Of a stretch of DNA of 64,000 bases, positions 45,707-54,567 are shown one piece after another. A program made the translations under genes and the position numbers. Below the pieces are notes generated by a model. That model was not told the origin of the DNA, made no database searches, and saw only the letters and a program-made list of their open reading frames with translations. Source of the stretch: Erysipelotrichaceae bacterium (GTDB lineage: Bacteria > Bacillota_I > Bacilli_A > Erysipelotrichales > Erysipelotrichaceae). Where the stretch lies: the NCBI GenBank assembly GCA_017404785.1, contig JAFRBQ010000008.1, forward strand, positions 104,212 through 168,211. The letters are read 5' to 3'. Numbering within the stretch: the first letter of the stretch is position 1; every line of letters starts with the position of its first letter.

Positions 45707-46806
45707 AAAAACTTCTGATGTCTAAAAGAGATTATTCCGGCGTACTTTCTTCTCTGATCGCCATCGTAATCGGTCTTTTAGTCGGTTTCATAGCCATGAT
45801 CGCCGTCAAACCTAGTTCAGCTCTGGCTGGCCTGAGGATGCTTGTAACAGGCGGCTTCTTCAATGGTTTGACAACATTCGGCTCGGTATTCTTCTATGCA
45901 ACACCGATCATTCTGTGCGGCATGGGTGATGCTTTTGCCTTCAAAGCCAGTATCTTCAATATCGGTGGTCCTGGTCAGATGCACATAGGTGCTCTGGTAG
46001 CGGTCTATGTCACTTGCAGGATCGGCCTTGGTGCTCCATGGTCAACGATCGTCGGCTTGCTTTGCGGTGCATTGGCTGGTGCTTTGTGGGCTCTGATCCC
46101 GGCACTTCTAAATGCTTATAAGAGAGTAAACATCATCATCACTACAATCATGATGAACTATATCGGCATGTATCTGGCAGTCGATCTTCTAAAGAAGTCA
46201 AGTATTTTTGACTCGACCAAGAATCAGTCGATCAATGTTCCTAGAGATCTCCGTGTAGCCCGTTTGGGTCTTGACAAGATATTCGTAGGAAGTGCCATCG
46301 ACTGTGGCTTCTTCGTCGCTTTGATCATTGCGATCATCCTGTGGTTTATCCTGGAAAAGACGACCTTCGGTTATGAGATCAAGGCTGTCGGCAAGAACAG
46401 AGATGCTTCCGACTATGCCGGTATCGACGCCAGAAGGACGATCGTCTTATCCGTATTGATCTCCGGTGCTTTGATCGGCCTGGGTGGCGGTTTCATGTAT
46501 CTGGGCTGGGCTGGCAAGTATCTGCTTGGTTCAAATACTCAGCTGTCTGAAGGTTTCACAGGTATTGCGGTCACGATGCTGGCCAACAACAATCCGATCG
46601 CCTGTGTCTTCTCGGGATTCTTCCTTGCCTATCTGACCCAGTCAGGTTCATATATGCAGGCTGTCGGTTTCGCACCTGAAATCGTCAAGGTCATATCTTC
46701 CGTAGTCGTTTACTGTTCTGCACTTTCCAGACTGGTATCTGAATACCTCAGAAAGAGAAAACTCGACTACATTGCTGCAGAAAAGAAAGGAGATGCTATC
46801 AGATGA
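45700..46806 (+). CDS. ABC transporter permease (BPD_transp_2 type)
   Basis: Polytopic protein that overlaps both neighbours. Typical partner of BMP-family SBPs. Confidence 0.85.
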   Translation: MLKKLLMSKRDYSGVLSSLIAIVIGLLVGFIAMIAVKPSSALAGLRMLVTGGFFNGLTTFGSVFFYATPIILCGMGDAFAFKASIFNIGGPGQMHIGALVAVYVTCRIGLGAPWSTIVGLLCGALAGALWALIPALLNAYKRVNIIITTIMMNYIGMYLAVDLLKKSSIFDSTKNQSINVPRDLRVARLGLDKIFVGSAIDCGFFVALIIAIILWFILEKTTFGYEIKAVGKNRDASDYAGIDARRTIVLSVLISGALIGLGGGFMYLGWAGKYLLGSNTQLSEGFTGIAVTMLANNNPIACVFSGFFLAYLTQSGSYMQAVGFAPEIVKVISSVVVYCSALSRLVSEYLRKRKLDYIAAEKKGDAIR

Positions 46807-47762
46807 ACGTTTGGATTCGTTTAATTGGCGGTGGTATACTGCTGTTCTTCATGCCTTTGACCATCGGCGGAATGGCCGACCTGTTTGCCGAAAGATCCGG
46901 TGTCCTGTGCATGTGCGTTGAAGGTATCATGGTCGCCGGTGCCTTTGCCGGTGTATTGATGATCAGGCTGTTTGCTGAGACGATGAACGTATGGGCACTG
47001 CTGTTTTTGTCCATGGCTGTATCCATGATCATTGGTCTGTTAGTCGGACTCCTGCATGGTTTTGCAGCCATCCATCTGAAAGCTGAACAGAATATTTCTT
47101 CTACAGCTATCAATACGCTTACTCCGGCTCTGGCCATGCTGATCTCAAAATCAATTTTCGGTACTGATAACTTTACCTACAGTTCAAATAAATTCATCAT
47201 TCCGAAAGTTCCAGTCCTCGGCGATATTCCGATCATTGGACCATTGCTCTTTCAGGGAACCTACGCTACAACTTATATCGGTATTATACTGGTACTGATC
47301 CTGTGGTTCATACTCTATAAGACAAGATTCGGATTGCAGTTAAGGTCGACCGGAGAAAATCCTCAGGCTTCTGACTCCGTCGGTATCTCCGTATACAAAA
47401 TGAGATATTCGGCCATGATGATCGCCGGTGCAATTGGCGGTCTGGCAGGCTTTACCTACATTCTCACAACTTCGTATGTCTTCATGGGAACTGTCTATGG
47501 ATATGGCTTCCTGGCCCTGTCTATCGTTTCGTTGGGCCAGTGGAAACCTAGTGGCATCATGCTTGGAGCACTGCTGTTTGGTGCGATCGGTGTCTTATCA
47601 TCGACCTATTCGGTAATTCCTATCATCAAGGATTTGCCGATCCCGCCGGTATTCTATTCGATGCTTCCATACATCATTACTCTGCTGGTCGTCGCGATTA
47701 CACCTAATGCCCATAATGCTCCGGCCGTATGCGGCGAACCTTATGATAAATCAAAGAGATAA
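46803..47762 (+). CDS. ABC transporter permease (BPD_transp_2 type)
   Basis: Polytopic protein with an ATGA overlap to the upstream permease gene. Confidence 0.85.
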   Translation: MNVWIRLIGGGILLFFMPLTIGGMADLFAERSGVLCMCVEGIMVAGAFAGVLMIRLFAETMNVWALLFLSMAVSMIIGLLVGLLHGFAAIHLKAEQNISSTAINTLTPALAMLISKSIFGTDNFTYSSNKFIIPKVPVLGDIPIIGPLLFQGTYATTYIGIILVLILWFILYKTRFGLQLRSTGENPQASDSVGISVYKMRYSAMMIAGAIGGLAGFTYILTTSYVFMGTVYGYGFLALSIVSLGQWKPSGIMLGALLFGAIGVLSSTYSVIPIIKDLPIPPVFYSMLPYIITLLVVAITPNAHNAPAVCGEPYDKSKR

Positions 47763-47765
47763 TCC

Positions 47766-48485
47766 ATGTTCAATAGTGAAAATGAATTGATGTATCATAT
47801 TCACTGCAAAAAAAGGGACATCGGGGAATATGTCATACTCCCTGGTGACCCTTTTCGTACTGAGCTGATCGCTTCGTTTCTTGAAGATCCAGTTCTGATC
47901 GCCCATAACCGCGAACACAAGACATACACCGGACATCTTGGAAATATCAGAGTGTCCGTCACTTCGACCGGTATGGGAGGAGGAAGCACGGCGATCGCTG
48001 TCGAAGAACTGATCAAATGCGGCGCCAGAACTCTGATCAGGATCGGTACCTGTGGTCGAATCAGCGAGGAGGCACAGGAAGAATCTCTTGATGGCTGCAT
48101 CATCAATGCCGCCGTCAGAGATGAAGGTACGACCCTTCACTACATTCCTGTTGAATATCCAGCTATCGCAGATCGACATGTTGTCGAAGCTTTAGCTGAA
48201 GCTGCGCAAAGACTTGGCTACAGATATATGGAAGGCATGATTCAAACTAAGGATTCCTATTTTGGTCAGGTCGAGCCTCAAAACATGCCATGTGAAAAAA
48301 GACTCAATGAGAGGATGGAATGCTGGAAAAGAGGCAACGTAGCAGTTACGGATATGGAAAGTGCTACCCTGTTCATTATCAGCCAGATCAGGAAGGTCAG
48401 GGCAGCTTCAATAATGAGCTTCAAGGAAACAGAAAAATCTATCAAGACGATTCTGGAAGCAATAAAGATATTAGAGAAAGGATGA
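47766..48485 (+). CDS. PNP/UDP-family nucleoside phosphorylase, paralogue 4
   Basis: LPGDPFR, RIGTCGR, DMESATLF. Starts 3 nt after the permease stop. Confidence 0.8.
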   Translation: MFNSENELMYHIHCKKRDIGEYVILPGDPFRTELIASFLEDPVLIAHNREHKTYTGHLGNIRVSVTSTGMGGGSTAIAVEELIKCGARTLIRIGTCGRISEEAQEESLDGCIINAAVRDEGTTLHYIPVEYPAIADRHVVEALAEAAQRLGYRYMEGMIQTKDSYFGQVEPQNMPCEKRLNERMECWKRGNVAVTDMESATLFIISQIRKVRAASIMSFKETEKSIKTILEAIKILEKG

Positions 48486-48489
48486 TTTC

Positions 48490-49239
48490 ATGGCAACAAA
48501 ACATTTTTTTGACAAGACTGCAGAACTGCAGTATCACACACACATAAGACCGGGCGATGTAGGAAGATACGTGCTGCTGCCTGGTGATCCGTTTAGAACA
48601 GATCTGATCGCATCTTATTTCGATGACGCCAAGCTCATCGCTCATAACCGAGAACACAAGACCTGGACGGGTTATCTCAATGGTGAAAAGGTCTCTGTAA
48701 CTTCGACCGGTATGGGTTGCCCATCGACGGCGATCGCTTTAGAAGAACTGATCAAATGCGGAGCTGATACCTTCATCAGAGTCGGAACAGCCGGACGCGT
48801 CTGCGATGAATCATATGATGAATCTCTCGACGGTGTTATAAACAACGCAGCAGTAAGAGATGAAGGAACGACAATCCATTATATCCCGATCGAATACCCT
48901 GCTGTCGCTGACCGCCATGTCATAAAAGCCCTGGCCGATGCTGCTGAAAAACTGGGCTACAATTTCTTAGAGGGAATTACTCAGTCAAAAGATTCTTTCT
49001 ATGGTCAGCATGCTCCAGAGACTATGCCTGCTGAGGCAAGACTAAAAGAACGCTGGGAAGCCTGGAGAAGAGGCCATGTCGTATCTTCGGAGATGGAATG
49101 TGCCGCTTTATTCGTCATCAGCTCGATCAGAAGATGTCGGGCCGGTGCGATCATGGCATTCAGTGAAATGGAGAAATCCGTTGAAGTGGCTTGCGAAGCG
49201 ATTAAGACACTGATCGAAGAAGACAAAAAGAAACAATAA
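48490..49239 (+). CDS. PNP/UDP-family nucleoside phosphorylase, paralogue 5
   Basis: LPGDPFR, RVGTAGR, EMECAALF. Roughly 55-65% identical to paralogue 4 by eye. Confidence 0.8.
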   Translation: MATKHFFDKTAELQYHTHIRPGDVGRYVLLPGDPFRTDLIASYFDDAKLIAHNREHKTWTGYLNGEKVSVTSTGMGCPSTAIALEELIKCGADTFIRVGTAGRVCDESYDESLDGVINNAAVRDEGTTIHYIPIEYPAVADRHVIKALADAAEKLGYNFLEGITQSKDSFYGQHAPETMPAEARLKERWEAWRRGHVVSSEMECAALFVISSIRRCRAGAIMAFSEMEKSVEVACEAIKTLIEEDKKKQ

Positions 49240-49245
49240 TTGATA

Positions 49246-49265
49246 AAAGGTGCTGAGCACCTTTT
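49246..49265 (+). terminator. hairpin terminator (weak T tail)
   Basis: AAAGGTGC / GCACCTTT stem. Confidence 0.45.
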
Positions 49266-49305
49266 CAAGTGGCATATAATAAAAATAGAATAGACAGTTG
49301 ATCCA

Positions 49306-50502
49306 ATGAAAAGTATAAGAAGCGTTTATAAAATCGGTAATGGGCCATCAAGTTCCCATACTGTAGGACCATATAATGCTGCGATCATCTTCAAGGAAAG
49401 GTATCCGGAAGCTGATCGTTTTGAAGTGACCTTGTTCGGCTCTTTGGCCTTTACAGGGGCAGGACATGGTACAGAAAAAGCTATAATGGCAGTTATTGAA
49501 AACTGTGATGTCTTTTTCGATCAGACAGAAACTGATCTTCCTCATCCCAATACGATGCTGTTCAAGGCCTATAAAGATGGAAAACTTCTGGGTGAAAAAA
49601 GGATCCTGTCAATTGGCGGGGGTTCGATCGTCATCGAAGGGGAAGAATCTCTTGATGAAAAAGAGATCTATCCGCAGAAGAATCTGACCGAGATCATTGA
49701 AGAATGCAAGAAAGAGAATATCTCATTGATCGATTTCATATACCGCCATGAACCGGAAGGTCTAAGAGATTATCTTTATGAGATCTGGAAAGCGATGAAA
49801 GCAGCAGTCGAAAGAGGTATCGCAACTGAAGGCATTCTGCCTGGCGGCCTGAATATTACCCGTAAGGCCAAGTTTCTTTATGAAAATCAGAGTGAAGATG
49901 AAGATTTCGACACGACCATGAACAGAAAGATCGCTGCCTATGCCTATGCAGTAAGTGAAGAAAATGCCTCGGAAAACATCGTGGTCACAGCTCCGACATG
50001 CGGTGCAGCCGGTGTCCTTCCTGCGATCTTCTACTATATGGAAAAAGACCGGGGTTATTCAGAAGAGAAAATCATCGACGGTTTGATTGTAGCGGCTGTC
50101 ATCGGCAATGTCATCAGGACCAATGCCTCAATATCGGGTGCCGAATGCGGTTGCCAGGCCGAGATAGGTTCAGCCTGTTCAATGGGCGCAGCAGCATTGG
50201 CCTATCTTTTTGGACTCAGTCTTGATGAGATCGAATATGCGGCAGAAGTGGCCATGGAGCACAATCTTGGTCTGACCTGCGATCCGGTAAACGGACTTGT
50301 TCAGATACCTTGTATCGAAAGAAATGCCGTAGCTGCCATGAGGTCGATAAGTTCTGTAACCCTGGCAAGACTTCTCTATCAGACCAGAAAGATCTCCTTT
50401 GACGAAGTCATCGCCACGATGTATCAGACAGGCAAGGATATGTCTGAAAAGTATCGTGAGACCAGCCACGGCGGATTGGCAGAGATCTACAGAGCAAAAT
50501 AA
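49306..50502 (+). CDS. sdaA: L-serine ammonia-lyase (Fe-S L-serine dehydratase), single-chain form
   Basis: N-terminal IGNGPSSSHTVGP. Cysteine motifs APTCGAAG, GAECGCQAE and IPCIERNA. Confidence 0.85.
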   Translation: MKSIRSVYKIGNGPSSSHTVGPYNAAIIFKERYPEADRFEVTLFGSLAFTGAGHGTEKAIMAVIENCDVFFDQTETDLPHPNTMLFKAYKDGKLLGEKRILSIGGGSIVIEGEESLDEKEIYPQKNLTEIIEECKKENISLIDFIYRHEPEGLRDYLYEIWKAMKAAVERGIATEGILPGGLNITRKAKFLYENQSEDEDFDTTMNRKIAAYAYAVSEENASENIVVTAPTCGAAGVLPAIFYYMEKDRGYSEEKIIDGLIVAAVIGNVIRTNASISGAECGCQAEIGSACSMGAAALAYLFGLSLDEIEYAAEVAMEHNLGLTCDPVNGLVQIPCIERNAVAAMRSISSVTLARLLYQTRKISFDEVIATMYQTGKDMSEKYRETSHGGLAEIYRAK

Positions 50503-50554
50503 AAAATCGCTTTCAGCGATTGATTTATCCAACAAGGCAGAGTGATCTGCTTTT

Positions 50555-51238
50555 TTACTGTTCCTGCTGTCTGGCCATCCTGTTCCAGTTGATCAGACCG
50601 TAGGTGTCAGCGATCACAAAGACTAAAGAACTGATGAATAATGGCAGATTGCTGAGATCACCATGAAGCAGAGGGTTTATCCACATGGCGACTTTGGTGA
50701 GCGAACTTAGGACAAAAAAGATAAAGGAAAGCGGCGATGCCTTGGCCATGAAATAGAAGGCCAGGATCGTTATGCACATAGCCAGAGTCTGGATGATCAG
50801 TAGATCATTATTGAAATACTTGAGCATCATATAATAGGGACTCGCCATGATGATTTGAGACAGGATCGGGATCAGTATGCCTTTGGTATCGAGCTTTTCG
50901 ATTTTGACGTCGCTGTCACCCTTATCATTTCTATGCCGGTTCCAGTTGATCAGGCCATAGATCGTTATCGGCATGACGATCAATGAACTGGTGATGACCT
51001 CTGAATAATATCTTTCAGTAAAACTGATATAGATATAGATCAGGGTTCCGATGATCCCGAAATAATAATTGGCGATCTTGCCTTTGGAGGAAAGGACGGC
51101 ATTGAAGATATTGCAGTAGCTGCTTATGAAAGACAAAAAAGAACTTCTGTTCATAATGCCCAGGATAGTTGAAGAGATCAGCCCGATGATGGTCAGGATC
51201 TTCTCGAATGGTGTCCAGTCTTTAAAAAAGTTTTTCAT
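50555..51238 (-). CDS. pnuC: nicotinamide riboside transporter PnuC family
   Basis: 227-aa polytopic protein with duplicated LINWNR motifs (LINWNRHR and LINWNRM). Confidence 0.8.
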   Translation of the reverse strand: MKNFFKDWTPFEKILTIIGLISSTILGIMNRSSFLSFISSYCNIFNAVLSSKGKIANYYFGIIGTLIYIYISFTERYYSEVITSSLIVMPITIYGLINWNRHRNDKGDSDVKIEKLDTKGILIPILSQIIMASPYYMMLKYFNNDLLIIQTLAMCITILAFYFMAKASPLSFIFFVLSSLTKVAMWINPLLHGDLSNLPLFISSLVFVIADTYGLINWNRMARQQEQ

Positions 51239-51295
51239 GCAAAGATGATTATATCATCATTTCAGCTAGGTTATAATAATAACGAGGTGTTAGGT

Positions 51296-51802
51296 ATGAA
51301 AACGTTAATAGCATATTTTTCTCATGTGGGAGAAAACCTGCAGAACAATGAGATCGTTGAACTTAAGAAAGGCAACACGGAAGTCGTTGCTGAAAAGATC
51401 GCAGCTCTTACGGGCGGAGATCTTTACCGCATTGAGGAAGAAGAACCTTATCCGTTCAGATATGATGACTGTCTTAGAAGATCAAGAAGAGAAGATGAAA
51501 ACAACGAACATCCGCCTCTAAAGGCCGGTATGAAACTCAACATGGATGAATACGAAACGATCTACATCGGATTCCCGATCTGGTATCGTACCTATCCAAG
51601 GATCGTTGCTTCATTTCTGGATACCTATGATTTCTCTGGCAAGACTATCAGACCTTTCTGTACCAATGATGAAGGAACATTTGGTATCTCCCTACTGGAA
51701 ATGCAGAGCATATTAAAAGGGGCGACATTCACGGATGGCCTGGCGATCAGAGGTGTCAATGTCAATAACAGTGATGAACTGATAAAGGAATATGTCGGAT
51801 GA
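51296..51802 (+). CDS. flavodoxin-family protein
   Basis: ATG at 51296 lies 6 nt after GAGGTG. MKTLIAYFS...IYIGFPIWY is typical of the short flavodoxin_4-type. Confidence 0.75.
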   Translation: MKTLIAYFSHVGENLQNNEIVELKKGNTEVVAEKIAALTGGDLYRIEEEEPYPFRYDDCLRRSRREDENNEHPPLKAGMKLNMDEYETIYIGFPIWYRTYPRIVASFLDTYDFSGKTIRPFCTNDEGTFGISLLEMQSILKGATFTDGLAIRGVNVNNSDELIKEYVG

Positions 51803-52638
51803 TGAGAAGAAAAGATGCCGTAATGGTGCGTGATCCGGATCCGTTTCATTCCATCGTTCCTTATATCATGCCTAAAAGGACGGAAGCCGAAGTTTCCTCA
51901 AGACTGGAATTCGACATCACCAAACTCATGGCATTTATAAGGGAACACAATCAAAAGGAAGGAACAGAATACAAACTGTTCCATTGTATCTGTACGGCCG
52001 TTGCCCGGATGATCTATCATCGTCCTAAGCTGAACATCTTCATTTCCGGTCGCAAATACTGGATGAGAAATGATATAACTCTGTCTTTTGTGGCCAAACA
52101 GCGTTTTGAAGATGAAGCGGTTGAGACCCTGATGACTTTAAAAGTCGATAAGGATATGAACCTTGATTCCATCTCAAAAATAATCATTGGTGATGTGAAC
52201 AAAGCCAGAAGTTCCGGCAGCAATTCCCTGGATAAGACGATGGAGTTTGTCGGCAACCTGCCGCGTTTCGTTCTGGAGATCCTGTTCTGGGTCCTGGCGA
52301 AACTTGAATATCACGGGATCTTCCCGGAAAGCCTCAAGGCCGGTGATCCAAACTATACGACCTGCCTGCTGGCCAATCTCGGTTCGATCAAGGCCGATTC
52401 ATGTTACCACCATCTTTCAAACTACGGAACAAACTCTCTGATGGTGACGATCGGTACGATCAGACACGACGATGAAACAGGAAGAGATACACTTGATGTG
52501 ACAGCTACCCTTGATGAAAGGATCGCTGACGGCTTCTATTTTGCGAAGTCGTTAAGACTTGTCAGATATCTGTTCGACAATCCGGAAAAGCTGATGGAGA
52601 AGATCAGCGAAGAGATTCCGCAGGAACTGTTCAACTGA
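51799..52638 (+). CDS. CAT/E2-like acyltransferase-fold protein (2-oxoacid dehydrogenase acyltransferase catalytic-domain-like)
   Basis: ATGA overlap with the flavodoxin gene. The C-terminal motif LDERIADGFYF aligns with the DHRxxDG catalytic motif, with Glu in place of His. Confidence 0.5.
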   Translation: MMRRKDAVMVRDPDPFHSIVPYIMPKRTEAEVSSRLEFDITKLMAFIREHNQKEGTEYKLFHCICTAVARMIYHRPKLNIFISGRKYWMRNDITLSFVAKQRFEDEAVETLMTLKVDKDMNLDSISKIIIGDVNKARSSGSNSLDKTMEFVGNLPRFVLEILFWVLAKLEYHGIFPESLKAGDPNYTTCLLANLGSIKADSCYHHLSNYGTNSLMVTIGTIRHDDETGRDTLDVTATLDERIADGFYFAKSLRLVRYLFDNPEKLMEKISEEIPQELFN

Positions 52639-52644
52639 AAACAG

Positions 52645-52674
52645 GAGTTGACCTCAAAAAGGTCGACTCTTTTT
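52645..52674 (+). terminator. intrinsic terminator
   Basis: GAGTTGACC / GGTCGACTC stem followed by T5. Confidence 0.7.
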
Positions 52675-52705
52675 CAAAAATCCCCATAAATATTGAATTT
52701 TCTTG

Positions 52706-52734
52706 TTGAATATTGGGATGGAATAGCATAGAAT
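52706..52734 (+). promoter_or_regulatory. rplM-rpsI promoter
   Basis: TTGAAT (52706-52711), 17-nt spacer, TAGAAT (52729-52734). Confidence 0.55.
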
Positions 52735-52789
52735 AATAAATGCCTTATTATTTAATTTTGGAGCCCCGGAAACTTCAAAGGAGAAAAAT

Positions 52790-53218
52790 ATGCGTCAAAC
52801 AACTATGCTGAAACCAGCAGAAGTTAAGAAAGACTGGTATGTCGTTGATGCGAGTGGCAAGACTTTAGGTAGACTGGCAACTCAGTGTGCTGCTATCTTA
52901 AGAGGAAAACACAAACCATCCTTCACACCAAATGTCGACTGTGGTGATTACGTTATTATCGTAAACGCTGCAAAGGTTGTCTATACAGGCGACCAGGAAA
53001 ACAAGAAGATCTACTACCACCATTCAATGTTCCCAGGTGGACTCAAACAGAGATCTATCGGTAAGATGAAGAGAGAGTATCCAGTAGAGTTAGTGGAAAA
53101 AGCAGTCCAAGGTATGCTTCCACACAACAAGTTAGGTGATCGTATGAGAACTCACTTGTATGTCTACGAAGGTGCTGAGCATCCTCATACCGCTCAGAAA
53201 CCAATTGAGCTTAAATAA
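52790..53218 (+). CDS. rplM: 50S ribosomal protein L13
   Basis: [17 protein letters not shown] and PHNKLG signatures. Confidence 0.95.
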   Translation: MRQTTMLKPAEVKKDWYVVDASGKTLGRLATQCAAILRGKHKPSFTPNVDCGDYVIIVNAAKVVYTGDQENKKIYYHHSMFPGGLKQRSIGKMKREYPVELVEKAVQGMLPHNKLGDRMRTHLYVYEGAEHPHTAQKPIELK

Positions 53219-53229
53219 GGAGAAATTCA

Positions 53230-53634
53230 ATGCCTAAAAAGAAAACAAATGTAACTTACCTTGGAACTGGAAGACGTAAATCTTCTGTAGCACGTGTCTA
53301 CATGACACCTGGTACAGGCAAGATCATGGTCGGTGAAAAAACTCTCGAAGAATACTTACCACAGGAAATCTTACGAATGGTAGTAAAATCTCCACTGGTA
53401 GAAACAGGTACAGATGGTCAGTATGACATCTTCATCAATGTCTACGGTGGCGGTATGACAGGTCAGGCAGGTGCTATGAGACATGGTATCTCTAGAGCCT
53501 TACTGGAAGTCGGCGAAGACTTCAGACCTGTATTAAAGAAAGCAGGCTTCTTAACACGTGATTCTCGTGCTAAGGAACGTAAGAAGTACGGCTTAAGAGG
53601 AGCTCGTAGAAGACCTCAGTACTCAAAGCGTTAA
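53230..53634 (+). CDS. rpsI: 30S ribosomal protein S9
   Basis: [21 protein letters not shown] and a C-terminal [16 protein letters not shown]. Confidence 0.95.
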   Translation: MPKKKTNVTYLGTGRRKSSVARVYMTPGTGKIMVGEKTLEEYLPQEILRMVVKSPLVETGTDGQYDIFINVYGGGMTGQAGAMRHGISRALLEVGEDFRPVLKKAGFLTRDSRAKERKKYGLRGARRRPQYSKR

Positions 53635-53656
53635 TTTTCAGGAATTACGTCAAAAG

Positions 53657-53682
53657 CATCTTCCATCTGGAGGATGTTTTTT
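53657..53682 (+). terminator. intrinsic terminator
   Basis: CATCTTCC / GGAGGATG stem (one G-U pair) followed by T6. Confidence 0.7.
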
Positions 53683-53765
53683 CTTTATGTAAGTTCATGT
53701 ATCTTTAAGATTAAATTCAGAAACAGTTCACATAACGGTAATAAGATTTAATTATCGAGGAGAAA

Positions 53766-54527
53766 ATGCTTATGAAGAATATTTTGAAAATGATGATTAT
53801 GATGCTGCTGGTGGGATTACTCAGCGGGTGCAATGCTGTCATTGCGGATAAGAAAGAAGATTACTCCAACAAAACACTTACCGGTATGATAAGCGAAATA
53901 AATGGCACAGTTCTTACTCTTGAACTGGGAAAACTTAAAAAATCTAAACAAAGTAAAACAGAGAATGACCAGATTCCGCAGATGTCTGAAGGACAGATAC
54001 CGCAGGAATTCAATGGTGAAAAACCTGAACTGCCGGAAGACTTCGATGGGCAGCTACCTGAAAACAATCAGGGCCAGATGATGCATGGACCTGGACAGAT
54101 GGGTGGCAGCGAAGAAAGACCACAGAAACCTGAAGGTTTTAATGGTGAAATGCCCGAAGATTTTAATGGTGAAAAGCCTGAAGATATGAATGGTGAACGT
54201 CCGCAACTGCCTGAAGATTTTGATGGTCAGTTTCCTGAAGATTTCAGTGGCCAGCTTCCTGAAGATTTTAAAGAGCAGATGAATGAAGGCGGCAACAGCG
54301 AGTTTATGCAGAAACCTGAAATGAGTTCCAGCACCACTGTTTATACCTTCAAAAAGAAATCTGAAACTGCAACTATTGATCTCAAGAACGTGACTGTAAC
54401 ACTGGCTGATGGTTCATCAGGAACTATAAGTGATCTGAATATCGGTGATGTTGTACAGATCAAAGTTGATGAAAATAATAATGCAAGTTCAGTGATCGTC
54501 TATCAGGTCGAAACTGTTGAAGAATAA
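53766..54527 (+). CDS. lipoprotein with a central PEDF(N/D)G repeat region
   Basis: Lipobox LLSGC. Small beta-rich flanks at the N- and C-termini. A central Pro/Glu-rich repeat block. Confidence 0.65.
   Translation: MLMKNILKMMIMMLLVGLLSGCNAVIADKKEDYSNKTLTGMISEINGTVLTLELGKLKKSKQSKTENDQIPQMSEGQIPQEFNGEKPELPEDFDGQLPENNQGQMMHGPGQMGGSEERPQKPEGFNGEMPEDFNGEKPEDMNGERPQLPEDFDGQFPEDFSGQLPEDFKEQMNEGGNSEFMQKPEMSSSTTVYTFKKKSETATIDLKNVTVTLADGSSGTISDLNIGDVVQIKVDENNNASSVIVYQVETVEE
53967..54275 (+). repeat. degenerate coding repeats encoding (L/M)PEDF(N/D/S)G(E/Q)
   Basis: PEDFDGQ, PEDFNGE, PEDMNGE, PEDFSGQ and PEGFNGE recur at least 7 times. Confidence 0.55.
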
Positions 54528-54545
54528 CATAACTTATAAAAATCA

Positions 54546-54567
54546 AAATGCGACTTATGTCGCATTT
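54546..54567. terminator. bidirectional hairpin between convergent genes
   Basis: AAATGCGAC-TTAT-GTCGCATTT. Confidence 0.6.

Noticed and set aside
31744-49239. PNP-fold proteins as anti-phage effectors (Detocs- or CBASS-type ATP nucleosidases).
   Set aside because: These are stand-alone 240-280-aa enzymes with metabolic neighbours (cdd, pdp, nucleoside ABC importer, IUNH). No sensor kinase, cyclase or other defence partner is present.
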